Shown in pieces: positions 15,851 to 27,628 of a stretch of DNA of 64,000 nt. Every line of letters starts with the position of its first letter. Positions within the stretch are counted from its first letter, which is position 1. This stretch comes from Candidatus Woesebacteria bacterium (lineage in GTDB: Bacteria; Patescibacteriota; Microgenomatia; UBA1400; PJMF01), in NCBI GenBank assembly GCA_017999345.1, contig JAGNLY010000003.1:4138-68137 (forward strand). The letters run 5' to 3'. The position numbers and the translations under genes are program-made. The notes below the pieces were generated by a model. The model was given only the letters and a program-made list of their open reading frames with translations, had not been told where the DNA came from and searched no databases.

Positions 15851-15881
15851 GAGAATCGCTGCCCAAGTGATTCTCTTTATT
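15851..15881 (+). terminator. intrinsic terminator-like hairpin in leader (possible expression platform)
   Basis: GAGAATCGC-TGCCCAA-GTGATTCTC (9 bp including one G-U) followed by TTTATT. Ends 22 nt before the RBS GAAGGAGG and ATG 15903. Confidence 0.5.
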
Positions 15882-15902
15882 AGATTGCCGAAGGAGGCAA
15901 AA

Positions 15903-16670
15903 ATGGATCTTCTGGGATTGTTAAGATTTGGTTACGAGAACGCTTTGGCAAACGGGTCGGTGCTTTTGGTACCGACTCTGTGCTATGCGATTGCTGCAAC
16001 TCTCCTCGCCATTATATTGGGGTGGGGGAAGATTTTGTTTCAGGAAGTTAATGGGACACTTGTCCTTAAACTTCCAGGTGGCCCTCTGATGGGATCGCTG
16101 CCTTTTGCAGAAATGATTATGCTCGGTTTCGTGTTGGTGCAAAATCCCTTCATGAATGAAGGGATGTCGTTGCTCTGGTTAGGACTCAGTTTCTTTGTAG
16201 TCCTACGCCTCGAGCTGGCGGCATTGACCCACATTTTAGTGTTCTTCGGGTCAATTTATGCAAGGGGCATGGGTGGATACAAGTTTGCTATTGAGTGCAT
16301 GGATGAACGTTGCACCCATGGCATACGAACTGGGAGCTTCCTACACTACTGGGCATGCGGTGGCTTTACGCTACTAACAGCCCTTGGAGTTGCTCCCTTG
16401 ATCCTGCTCCCAGTATTTTTGGGATTGCCGGATGGTGGATTTGGGATTGCGATTCTGATATTTTGTTGCATCCCGTATCCTTTCATTATTGGGAAATTAC
16501 TTGCATCAAGATTTACCGATGACGGGCAAAAGATCGTGAAGGGCGCAGTCGATGTGTGGATGTTCATAACCGAAACGCCTGGATGGCTGATCGGTTGTGT
16601 CACAATGTCCATAGTTGCGCTCCGGTTTATGTTGCCAGGAATCAGCCCTACCAAGCTGAATAACAACTAG
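15903..16670 (+). CDS. polytopic membrane protein, unknown family, GC-rich relative to neighbours
   Basis: ATG 15903 preceded by GAAGGAGGcaaaa. About 6-7 hydrophobic segments. A hand count of 15961-16020 gives 29/60 G+C. Confidence 0.75.
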   Translation: MDLLGLLRFGYENALANGSVLLVPTLCYAIAATLLAIILGWGKILFQEVNGTLVLKLPGGPLMGSLPFAEMIMLGFVLVQNPFMNEGMSLLWLGLSFFVVLRLELAALTHILVFFGSIYARGMGGYKFAIECMDERCTHGIRTGSFLHYWACGGFTLLTALGVAPLILLPVFLGLPDGGFGIAILIFCCIPYPFIIGKLLASRFTDDGQKIVKGAVDVWMFITETPGWLIGCVTMSIVALRFMLPGISPTKLNNN

Positions 16671-16692
16671 TAAAGGTTGGATCAATTAAGTC

Positions 16693-16790
16693 GAACTCGA
16701 TCAGACAGTTTTTAGTCTGCTTCGAGTTCCAAAGTTCACAAAGTAAATTTAAAATTTATTTTTTTTGTGTGTTTTGGAACGAAGCAGACT
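16693..16790. other. three-segment mutually exclusive hairpin region
   Basis: X1 gaactcgatcagac (16693-706), X2 gtctgcttcgagttc (16715-729), X3 ggaacgaagcagac (16776-789). X2 is complementary to both X1 and X3. Confidence 0.5.
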
Positions 16791-17067
16791 TTGTTCGTGT
16801 GTAAATTATTATGGCTAACGCCATAAGGTTTATGCCTTTCAAAGTAGGATGGAAATAATCAAGGGCTTCATTTACAATGCGTATTTGAGGCCCTTTTTTG
16901 TTGATTATTTTTACTGTTGCACATCTCAAACTCTTGTCATATAATATCATTCTGATTGTTCGGGAAACACTCATTTTAGACATTCTATTTATTAAATAAT
17001 AAATAAGAATCCCTCGAAAAAATTCAAAAATAAATAAAGATTGATAAATTTTTAGTGGGTTGATCAA
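16756..17067 (-). CDS. doubtful hypothetical ORF (103 aa)
   Basis: Only ORF in a 425-nt AT-rich gap. No RBS seen, K/I-rich low-complexity sequence. May be non-coding. Confidence 0.2.
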   Translation of the reverse strand: MINPLKIYQSLFIFEFFRGILIYYLINRMSKMSVSRTIRMILYDKSLRCATVKIINKKGPQIRIVNEALDYFHPTLKGINLMALAIIIYTRTKSASFQNTQKK

Positions 17068-17096
17068 ATCTTCTCATTAATAAATTTTTCAGATTT

Positions 17097-17170
17097 GGGC
17101 CCTTAGCTCAGCTGGTCAGAGCGCTTCATTTGCAATGAAGAGGTCAAGGGTTCGACTCCCTTAGGGTCCA
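17097..17170 (+). tRNA. tRNA-Ala, anticodon UGC
   Basis: Acceptor GGGCCCT/AGGGTCC with the G3:U70 alanine identity pair, anticodon stem CTTCA/TGAAG, loop TTTGCAA, T loop GGTTCGACTCC. No encoded CCA. Confidence 0.92.
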
Positions 17171-17220
17171 CAATCTAAGAGGTCAATCAATTATTTACTT
17201 GGATTATTTTTGAACCGAAC

Positions 17221-17333
17221 TTGCTCTTTAAATAAAAATAATAAATAAATTAATATTAGAAAAGCGAACATCTAAGCTTTGCTTAGCAGAGAGCTTTTAA
17301 AATATTTAATTTATTTTTTGTATTTAAAAGCAA
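17221..17333. repeat. long AT-rich inverted repeat in the tRNA-Ala/23S spacer
   Basis: ttgctctttaaataaaaataataaataaattaatatt (17221-57) is roughly complementary to aatatttaatttattttttgtatttaaaagcaa (17301-33). Tip hairpin CTAAGC-ttt-GCTTAG. Confidence 0.5.
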
Positions 17334-17566
17334 AATTGGTTTTTAAATATTAGTTCTTTGGTTTTACCTAACCGGGTCTTACTGAGAACTAACATTTAGC
17401 AACTAATTATTGCTAAGAAATAAGGTAGTTAATACAGATGGACTCTCAAAAGTTATTAAGACTGTATAGAAACCTAAAACCTTAAAATCTGGAATGGAAA
17501 CAACTAATTGTTTGTGATTGCCGACATGGCGACTAATAACAAGTTTTCAGAAAAGAGTTGATCATT

Positions 17567-17600
17567 AACAAGTGAAGAAAACTGTCATGTATAGGTCAAA
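17567..17600 (+). promoter_or_regulatory. pre-23S processing stem, 5' strand
   Basis: aacaagtgaagaaaactgtcatgtataggtcaaa pairs with 20827-20857 (tttgacccatggcagattttcttcacttgtt). A second segment ccatgcatctttttaaaaattt (17622-43) pairs with aaatttaaaaagcatgg (20755-71). Confidence 0.7.
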
Positions 17601-17790
17601 ATGATGATTTAATCATCAGTGGCCATGCATCTTTTTAAAAATTTCAACATCAATTTATACTTTATGTATAAATATTTCGTCGAAATTACGAAAGAAAATA
17701 AAATGCTACAAGTCGAGACTGTAAGAAGTCTCGCATGCTAAAGTCTATGGCACAGCGCAAGTTGTGTTCATAGCAAGCTTATTAAACATA

Positions 17791-20732
<2,942 letters not shown>

Positions 20733-20826
20733 ATTTTTTAAATTTGTATTTATATAAATTTAAAAAGCATGGTTACTGTGTTTACGTCAACTAAATTTTA
20801 ATCTAATTAAACGTTTTTTATATCTT

Positions 20827-20857
20827 TTTGACCCATGGCAGATTTTCTTCACTTGTT
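20827..20857 (+). promoter_or_regulatory. pre-23S processing stem, 3' strand
   Basis: Complement of 17567-17600 (see that feature). Confidence 0.7.
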
Positions 20858-20998
20858 AGAGTTCAACTCTAACAAGGGTGGTGCGCACAATTTTGTGTCG
20901 CAAACCCAATTAACAATTTAATATCTAGTTTTCATAGTAAAATATGAATATTAGAAATTGCATCTGTCTTAATCAGATGTGCGACTAAGAACGTTTAA

Positions 20999-21116
20999 TT
21001 CTGGTCTCTAGAGCGAGGTGGAACCAACTCTTCCCTTCCCGAACAGAGTCTTGAAACTCCTCAGCGCTGACAATAGTGCACGGGCAACTGTGTGTGAAGA
21101 TAGGTCGAGGCCAGAA
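20999..21116 (+). rRNA. rrf: 5S ribosomal RNA
   Basis: ttctggtc...ccgaacagag...ggccagaa. Terminal helix extends into the flanks (acgtttaattctgg / ccagaattaagcgt) and is followed by a T9 run. Confidence 0.88.
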
Positions 21117-21156
21117 TTAAGCGTTTTTTTTGTGCCTTTTTATATATAATAGGATC

Positions 21157-22080
21157 ATGAAATTTTCAGTTGCAATTTGTAGTAAAAATAGAGAAAAGTC
21201 TCTTGAGAGAACTGTGCGCTCTATTTTAAATCAATCATTACTGCCATCCACTATATTTATCGTAAAGACTGTAAAAGTAGTTACCAAAAATTTTCATAAA
21301 AAAATAATAATAATCAAAGATAGTGCTATTGAGATTTACCTAATAGAAATATCAGAGAATAAGGCTAAGACAATCGGATTTTCAAGAAATATCGCCTTAA
21401 GTCTATGCAAAACAAAAGAATTATTTTTTGTGGATGATGATGTTATTTTAAAATTTAATACTTTTAAAAAACTCATGAAAGTATTAAAGAACGACAATAG
21501 ATTATTTTCTGCATCTGGAAGGGTGGTAGGAATTGACTCCTCACTTTTTTCTAGATATATGACATTTTTTCACTCGCAAGGATTTCTGAATCCATCTGTG
21601 CCACAACTGATGGATAATGCTAGTACAACATGTGTTTTAATTGACATGGATAAATGGAGAAAAAATAAAATATTTTTCCCAACTGAAATTAGCGCAGGAG
21701 AAGACGTATTATTTTTTGCATACTTTAGAGAACAAAAATATTCTTTAATGTATTGTCCAAAAATAACCATAAAACATGATTTTTTCCCTAATCGCTTTGA
21801 TTTTTTTAGAAGATTCTTTTGGTACAGCTCATCAATGATAGAAACTAATAAGATAGATAATAGATTTTTTTATGAATACTTTGATTATCTACCATTAAGG
21901 AGATTGCATTTAATTTTTTTTCCATTTTTTTTAATATTTAGAGCTTTTTCACTTACTAAAGTTTCCTATAATTCAGAAAAAATCAGAGACAAATCGCTTT
22001 TTTGGGCAGAGTATTTAAGAAATATGACATATGTTGTTGGTGTAACATACTCAAAGTTCTTCAAGAAATCTTTTATATAA
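21157..22080 (+). CDS. glycosyltransferase family 2
   Basis: MKFSVAICSKNREKSLERTVRSILNQS..., FFVDDDV motif. ATG 21157 with AGGA upstream, 41 nt after 5S. Confidence 0.75.
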   Translation: MKFSVAICSKNREKSLERTVRSILNQSLLPSTIFIVKTVKVVTKNFHKKIIIIKDSAIEIYLIEISENKAKTIGFSRNIALSLCKTKELFFVDDDVILKFNTFKKLMKVLKNDNRLFSASGRVVGIDSSLFSRYMTFFHSQGFLNPSVPQLMDNASTTCVLIDMDKWRKNKIFFPTEISAGEDVLFFAYFREQKYSLMYCPKITIKHDFFPNRFDFFRRFFWYSSSMIETNKIDNRFFYEYFDYLPLRRLHLIFFPFFLIFRAFSLTKVSYNSEKIRDKSLFWAEYLRNMTYVVGVTYSKFFKKSFI

Positions 22081-23146
22081 TTTTTTGTAGTAAAGGATAA
22101 ACTTGATCGTTAAGATTATTTAGTGGCATAGCATTGAACCATGGTGTTTTATCAGAAGATTTTATCTTGTAAATAATGCTATGAGCCAAGTACTTATACA
22201 TAAGTCTTTTATCTTTTTCTCCAGTAAAATGGATGACTTTAACCTTCGTAGGAATTAATTCATTATGAAAATTTGTCCTAAAAAAAGGTGCTAAAGTGTA
22301 ACTACTTGGTAGTTTTTTTGTTGGAAGAACATTAAAAAACCATGCATGAAGAGATTGTTCGATGACGCTTTTGCCAAAGCAAAAATCCAGCACTGCAATT
22401 TTTGATCTTGGAAAATCATTGGTATCAGTTAGTAGTCGATCATCCATTTGATCAATCATTGCTAGAAATATTTGATTAATTTTTGACAATAAGTTTTTCT
22501 TAGTAAGCAGGTGTTTTTGAATTGCGACCATGCCGGAGTTTACATTAGAGAAATTGTGTTTCTTTTTTAGCAATCTATCCATTTCTAATTTTGATAAAAC
22601 AGAGTAATTTCTGCAGTCAAATGAAAAGCGAGAAAACTTTGTTTCATTTTCTATCCAGTCAATAAGCTCCTTAGGTTTTTTTAAGAATAGAATATCGCAA
22701 TCAAATATTAAATACTTGCTTTTTTTTGAGTGAATAATGGGAGATAAAAACTTTCCCGCAGCCCATGTTTTATTGCTCCACTCGATTAGTTCAGGGAATT
22801 TTTTAATGCTCGATAAGTGAAAGTTATGTTTCAATAATTCAATTTGTGGGAAAAACATTTTAAAAAGATAGATTTGCCACTTTTTAAGTGATCCATCATT
22901 AATAATATGGATTTTAGTGTTATAGAAGAATAAAAAACTTGAAATACCGGCTATTGATACCCAAAAATATCTTCCTGGAACAGGCACGTATATATCACAA
23001 TCAGGTTTATGCAAAGACGTATCTTTGTTTTTTATAAGTTCAAAGAAGGCGCGTATGTTCACTAAATATTCATAGAATATTATGACAACTTTATTTCTTA
23101 TTTTTTTTAAAAATGTTTTCATTAATTTTTTTGTATTATATCCCAA
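22073..23146 (-). CDS. putative glycosyltransferase, GT8-like
   Basis: GT8-style motif order: IFDCDILF (DxD), NVNSGMVAI, VIHFTGEKDK. An alternative start ATG at 23122 would overlap the upstream stop as TAATG. Confidence 0.45.
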   Translation of the reverse strand: MGYNTKKLMKTFLKKIRNKVVIIFYEYLVNIRAFFELIKNKDTSLHKPDCDIYVPVPGRYFWVSIAGISSFLFFYNTKIHIINDGSLKKWQIYLFKMFFPQIELLKHNFHLSSIKKFPELIEWSNKTWAAGKFLSPIIHSKKSKYLIFDCDILFLKKPKELIDWIENETKFSRFSFDCRNYSVLSKLEMDRLLKKKHNFSNVNSGMVAIQKHLLTKKNLLSKINQIFLAMIDQMDDRLLTDTNDFPRSKIAVLDFCFGKSVIEQSLHAWFFNVLPTKKLPSSYTLAPFFRTNFHNELIPTKVKVIHFTGEKDKRLMYKYLAHSIIYKIKSSDKTPWFNAMPLNNLNDQVYPLLQKII

Positions 23147-23943
23147 GTTATTTCTAATGCTTTTTTAATTTTAGTGAATGAATATTTTAAGCGATTACTT
23201 GCTAAAACCGGGACGTTTTCTCCATTTTCTAGTTTTACAACATTGCAACTAATTTTTAATTTGTCACAAATATTGTTTGCAAAATCTGAAAGGGTTACTG
23301 ATTCTTTACCAGTTAAATGTATAATTCCGTTTATATTTTCCAACATTAACTTTTCAATAATTATATTGAAATCGTCAATAAAAATCGGCTTTCTTTTTAT
23401 TTTCGAATTAAGGTGAATAGTTTTATTATTTATAAGTGTTCCAATAAAACCATTATTTTTGTGAATAGGATCGTAACCATAGATCATGTCAGATCTGATA
23501 ATTAAATGGTCTGAAATTTTCTTAATAAGATTTTCAGATTCGATTTTTAGTTTTCCATACAAGTTGAAAGGACTACTAATATCTTGCTCAAAATATTTGT
23601 TTTTTTTGCCATCAAAAACATATATTGAAGACAAAAAAATTACTTTTATATTCAGTTTATTAATAGTTTTTAGAATAGGAACTAGTGAGGAAACATTAAT
23701 TTTAAATGCATCATCAAGATTTTTCTCTACTTCATTTGGTCTAGCGATTCCAGCAGCAAAGATAATAACATTTGGCTTAATGGAATTAATGATATTTATA
23801 GTTTCTTTTCGATTTTTTAAATCAAGCTTTATAAATGGAGGAAGGCTGTGTCTTGAAGTACCAAAAACATGATGCCTTTTCTCAAGAAATGTATATAGTT
23901 TATTTCCTAAAAAGCCAGATGCACCAATAATTAATATTTTCAT
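23122..23943 (-). CDS. SDR-family sugar-nucleotide reductase/epimerase (RmlD-like)
   Basis: MKILIIGASGFLGNKLY Rossmann motif. SSIYVFDG....Y.E......P.N.YGKLK resembles dTDP-4-dehydrorhamnose reductase. Start at ATG 23943. Confidence 0.65.
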   Translation of the reverse strand: MKILIIGASGFLGNKLYTFLEKRHHVFGTSRHSLPPFIKLDLKNRKETINIINSIKPNVIIFAAGIARPNEVEKNLDDAFKINVSSLVPILKTINKLNIKVIFLSSIYVFDGKKNKYFEQDISSPFNLYGKLKIESENLIKKISDHLIIRSDMIYGYDPIHKNNGFIGTLINNKTIHLNSKIKRKPIFIDDFNIIIEKLMLENINGIIHLTGKESVTLSDFANNICDKLKISCNVVKLENGENVPVLASNRLKYSFTKIKKALEITWDIIQKN

Positions 23944-24023
23944 AAAAAGGTATTTATGGATTATATCAAAGTACAGCTTAAATATGTTAATCATGTTAAA
24001 ATCAGAGTTGGAGTTTTTTTATA

Positions 24024-25220
24024 ATGACTTTTAATAAAAATACAAAAAGAATCATATTTGTAACTGACTATGTCAAAGTTGGCGGAAGCAGAACATTTCT
24101 AAATGACCTGTTGAAAGAATGTTATAAAGCCAAGATATATGTTGAGGTCATATTTTTTTCAAAAGAGATAGTTGATGATGAAGAATATAAATCTAGTAGA
24201 TTTAATTTTATAAAGATTCCATCTCTTAATTATCTATTTACTTTTTATAGGTTTTTTTCGCTAATTAGTTGGATTTCAAAATTTAAAAAGCACAATACAG
24301 TCATATTAACTGATTTATTTTTTCCTGCTTTTTCATTAATTTTAATAAAGAAATTTTTTAGAATAAAAACTAATATCGTTTATCAATTTCATGGATTTGA
24401 TTCTTATGAACAACAGAGCAGAGCAATTTATGAAAATATTTATAAAAGCAAACACTATTTATTTTCACAGATATTAAAAAAAATAATTGAAAGGTTTGTA
24501 TTAAGAAATGTAGACGAAGTTATCTGTTTTAGTAATTATTCAAAAAGCTTAGTTATGAAAGAGCTTAAAAATTTTAAAAATATTTCTGTTATCAATCCTG
24601 GATATTCATCAATATTTGGTCTTAATAAATTTACAAAAAAAGAATACAGACAACAAATTGGTTTATCAAATGAAGCAAAGGTAATTTTATATATTGGTAG
24701 AATAGAACCCAGAAAAGGCATTTTTAATTTTTTTAATGAGTTGGAAAAGAATCTAGATTTTTCAAAAAAATATACAATATTATTTGTTAGTTCATTTACT
24801 GATAGCTCTTTTGCAATAGATTTATTTAAATTATCTAAAAAGACAAATTATATATCAAACATATTATTTATTAATAATCCTCCTAGAAAAGATATTGATA
24901 AATTTTATTATGCTAGTGATTTAATGATTTTGCCTTCTTTAGATCTCGAAACATTTGGTTTTGTAACGCTTGAGGCAATGGCTTGTGATTTGCCCACTGT
25001 TGGTTTTGATATTGGAGCAAATGAAGATTTAATTAACAAAAATCTGCTTGTGGATAGGAAATCTGGTATGAAGGGGATTATAGATAAAATTGATTATTAT
25101 TTTTCTCTGGAAAATAAGAAAAAGAGATTGATTATTAGTTCACTAAAAAATAAAACAAATGATTACACATACAAAAATTACGTTAGCAATCTTGACAAAT
25201 ATTTTACCAAATTAAGCTAG
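24024..25220 (+). CDS. glycosyltransferase family 4 (GT-B, Glycos_transf_1)
   Basis: C-terminal ...PSLDLETFGFVTLEAMACDLPTVGFDIGANEDLI, with the E-x7-E-type motif. Confidence 0.8.
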   Translation: MTFNKNTKRIIFVTDYVKVGGSRTFLNDLLKECYKAKIYVEVIFFSKEIVDDEEYKSSRFNFIKIPSLNYLFTFYRFFSLISWISKFKKHNTVILTDLFFPAFSLILIKKFFRIKTNIVYQFHGFDSYEQQSRAIYENIYKSKHYLFSQILKKIIERFVLRNVDEVICFSNYSKSLVMKELKNFKNISVINPGYSSIFGLNKFTKKEYRQQIGLSNEAKVILYIGRIEPRKGIFNFFNELEKNLDFSKKYTILFVSSFTDSSFAIDLFKLSKKTNYISNILFINNPPRKDIDKFYYASDLMILPSLDLETFGFVTLEAMACDLPTVGFDIGANEDLINKNLLVDRKSGMKGIIDKIDYYFSLENKKKRLIISSLKNKTNDYTYKNYVSNLDKYFTKLS

Positions 25221-25244
25221 TTTGATTGTGTTAGAATAACCTTT

Positions 25245-26015
25245 ATGCCTCGATATTTTTCAAAGAATTGGATAGATTTTATTTGGGTCATGACTCATAA
25301 AGAGATCAAGGCCAGGTACAAAAGAGCATTTTTGGGATTCTTATGGATATTTTTAAATCCTTTGCTTCAAATGATTGTCATAGGTTACATATTTCAATTT
25401 TTTGTTCCTGTAAAAATTGATCATTATTTTAATTTTTTATTTTCTGGATTACTTCCATGGAATTTTATTTCATATACAGTATTAAAATGCACTCCGTTAA
25501 TTTACAACGAGAGATCATTAATACAAAAAGCAAAATTTCCTAGAGAAGCCTTAGTACTTTCTATTATATTTTCCAACTTATTTCATTTTCTTATATCCAT
25601 CGGAATTTTGCTTATATTTACAATTTTATTTGGTTCGATTTCAATAGCCAAAATTGTATTGCTAATATTTGCAATTTTTATTATGACAATATTCGTAACT
25701 GGTTTATCATTTTTGTTATCTGCATTATATGTAAAGTATCGAGATATTAAATTTATTGTTAATGCTTTAGTTCCACTTTGGTTTTATGCAACTCCAGTTG
25801 TATACACAAGATCTTTATTAGCGGGCTGGCTTGATAAAATAATTCAATTTAATCCTATTACTGGAATAATTGAGTTATTTCAATATATTTTTACTGATGC
25901 CGTTGCTGTTAACCAATTGGTTTTAGGAAAATCTATAATTATTTCAGTCGTTGTTTTTATTCTTGGTATTTATGTTTTTTCACGGGAATCAGAATATTTT
26001 GATGATTGGCTATAA
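25245..26015 (+). CDS. polysaccharide/teichoic-acid ABC exporter permease (ABC-2, Wzm/TagG-like)
   Basis: 256 aa, 6 TM. N-terminal KEIKARYKRAFLGFLWIFLNPLLQM is typical of ABC-2 type glycan exporters. Confidence 0.85.
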   Translation: MPRYFSKNWIDFIWVMTHKEIKARYKRAFLGFLWIFLNPLLQMIVIGYIFQFFVPVKIDHYFNFLFSGLLPWNFISYTVLKCTPLIYNERSLIQKAKFPREALVLSIIFSNLFHFLISIGILLIFTILFGSISIAKIVLLIFAIFIMTIFVTGLSFLLSALYVKYRDIKFIVNALVPLWFYATPVVYTRSLLAGWLDKIIQFNPITGIIELFQYIFTDAVAVNQLVLGKSIIISVVVFILGIYVFSRESEYFDDWL

Positions 26016-26017
26016 AT

Positions 26018-26752
26018 ATGAAAAAAAGCAAAAGTATCGTAATTGATGCTAAAAATATATCAAAAAAATATTTATTGAGACATGAAAAACCAACATTTGT
26101 GGAAAACCTGCTTTATAAATCAAAAACTGAATACCATACGGCATTGGACGATGTAACTTTATCTATTTTTAAAGGGGACAGACTAGGAATAATTGGAAAA
26201 AATGGTTCAGGAAAAACAACTTTGCTTAAGCTTTTCTCAGGCATCACAAGGCAGCAAACGGGCAAGCTATCTATCCATGGTAAAGTTGTATCATTAATCG
26301 ACTTAGAAGCAGGTTTTCATCCAGATTTATCTGGTGAAGATAATATTTTTTTACAAGGATTAATTCTTGGAATGAGTGTAAATGAATTATCTGAAAAAAA
26401 GAGTGAAATTATTCAATTTGCAGAGATTGGTAAGTTTATTGATGCTCCAGTATATACGTATTCAAGTGGAATGAAATTGAGATTAGGTTTTTCTATAGCA
26501 ATTCACTCTAATCCAGATATATTGCTTTTAGATGAAAATTTTGCAGTTGGTGACGAAGCTTTTAGAAATAAAATTCGTATTAAATTTAAGGAGTTTCGTA
26601 AGAATAATATAACATTAATATTGGTGAGTCACTGGATTGAGGAGCTAGAAAAAAGTTGCAATAAATTTTTGTGGTTAGATAATGGAAGAGTTGTTGCTTA
26701 TGGTGGTAAGAAAGTTATTGAAAAATATAAAAAGTCATTTTTGAACAAATAA
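26018..26752 (+). CDS. polysaccharide/teichoic-acid ABC exporter ATPase (Wzt/TagH-like, short form)
   Basis: Walker A GKNGSGKTTL, signature YSSGMKLRLGFS, Walker B ILLLDENFAVGD. ATG 26018 lies just after the permease stop. Confidence 0.88.
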   Translation: MKKSKSIVIDAKNISKKYLLRHEKPTFVENLLYKSKTEYHTALDDVTLSIFKGDRLGIIGKNGSGKTTLLKLFSGITRQQTGKLSIHGKVVSLIDLEAGFHPDLSGEDNIFLQGLILGMSVNELSEKKSEIIQFAEIGKFIDAPVYTYSSGMKLRLGFSIAIHSNPDILLLDENFAVGDEAFRNKIRIKFKEFRKNNITLILVSHWIEELEKSCNKFLWLDNGRVVAYGGKKVIEKYKKSFLNK

Positions 26753-27628
26753 TAAATTAAATCTTTGTTTTAAGTAAATTAGTAAACCTAACATAAGTCC
26801 AGTAACTTTTATTAAAAATTCTTTAGCAATAAAATTATAGTAAATATTTTTGAATTCATTTTTTATTAGATCCTTAGAAAATTTGTTCCCATTAAATAAT
26901 AATGAAGAATAACACGCGGTACCGCCAAGAGAGTAACTCAAATAAAGATTTCTGTTTTCTTTAGTACTAATCCATCTATTATGGTAAATTACCATGAATG
27001 GATTGTAGGCAATTTTATGTCCTAGCAAAAGACATTTATTGGCTATTTCAGCATCTTCAGCTGATCTACCTATCGATCCAGGTCCTAGCAAAGTTTCAAA
27101 TTTAATTACTTGGTTAAAAATATTTTTTCTAAAAGACATGTTATTGCCAAAGCCTATTTCTTCCCAATGCTTGCAAGGATTTTTTGTATAAGAAATGTAA
27201 TCATTTTCTTTAGAGAAAGTTGCCGGACAAATCATGTCTTTTTTCTTTGTTAAAATGAATGGTTTTGTATTACCAAAAACAATACTTTCTTTTTCATTTT
27301 TTTGAAAAAATTCGCTTATTTGTTTAATCCATCTTATATCAATAACACAGTCATCATCTGTGAAAGCAAGTATATTTCCTTTTGCTCTAGAAATTGCATC
27401 ATTCAAGCTTCTTGATTTACCTACATAATTAACTTTGTAGTATTTAACAATAGGAGAATTCTTTTTTTGAACTATTTTCTTTGTTTTATCAGATTTGCTT
27501 TGATCAATAACAATTATTTCAAACGGTAACACCTCAGATTTTAGAAGTGAGTAAATGCATCTGTATAGATCTTTTGGTCTATCTCTTGTGGCAATAATTA
27601 CTGAAACATTTAAAACAGATTTAGCCAT
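26735..27628 (-). CDS. glycosyltransferase family 2
   Basis: VSVIIATRDRPKDLYRCIYSLL...IIVIDQS...AFTDDDC. Confidence 0.8.
   Translation of the reverse strand: MAKSVLNVSVIIATRDRPKDLYRCIYSLLKSEVLPFEIIVIDQSKSDKTKKIVQKKNSPIVKYYKVNYVGKSRSLNDAISRAKGNILAFTDDDCVIDIRWIKQISEFFQKNEKESIVFGNTKPFILTKKKDMICPATFSKENDYISYTKNPCKHWEEIGFGNNMSFRKNIFNQVIKFETLLGPGSIGRSAEDAEIANKCLLLGHKIAYNPFMVIYHNRWISTKENRNLYLSYSLGGTACYSSLLFNGNKFSKDLIKNEFKNIYYNFIAKEFLIKVTGLMLGLLIYLKQRFNLLFVQK

Noticed and set aside
15585-15866. ORFs 15634-15852 (+, 72 aa, GTG start) and 15585-15866 (-, 93 aa) in the leader region
   Set aside because: No RBS. The plus ORF would begin at the predicted transcription start with GTG. The sequence is low-complexity. 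The region is better explained by promoter, paired segments and terminator. Coding is not fully excluded.
15921-16666. Minus- and plus-strand alternative ORFs inside the GC-rich gene
   Set aside because: Higher GC keeps off-frames open. Only the 15903-16670 frame has an RBS and a coherent TM-helix pattern.
21143-21159. TATAAT at 21143-21148 as a promoter giving a near-leaderless GT2 mRNA
   Set aside because: There is no -35. In sequence this AT-rich, a TATAAT occurs by chance, and it is too close to the AGGA RBS to judge.
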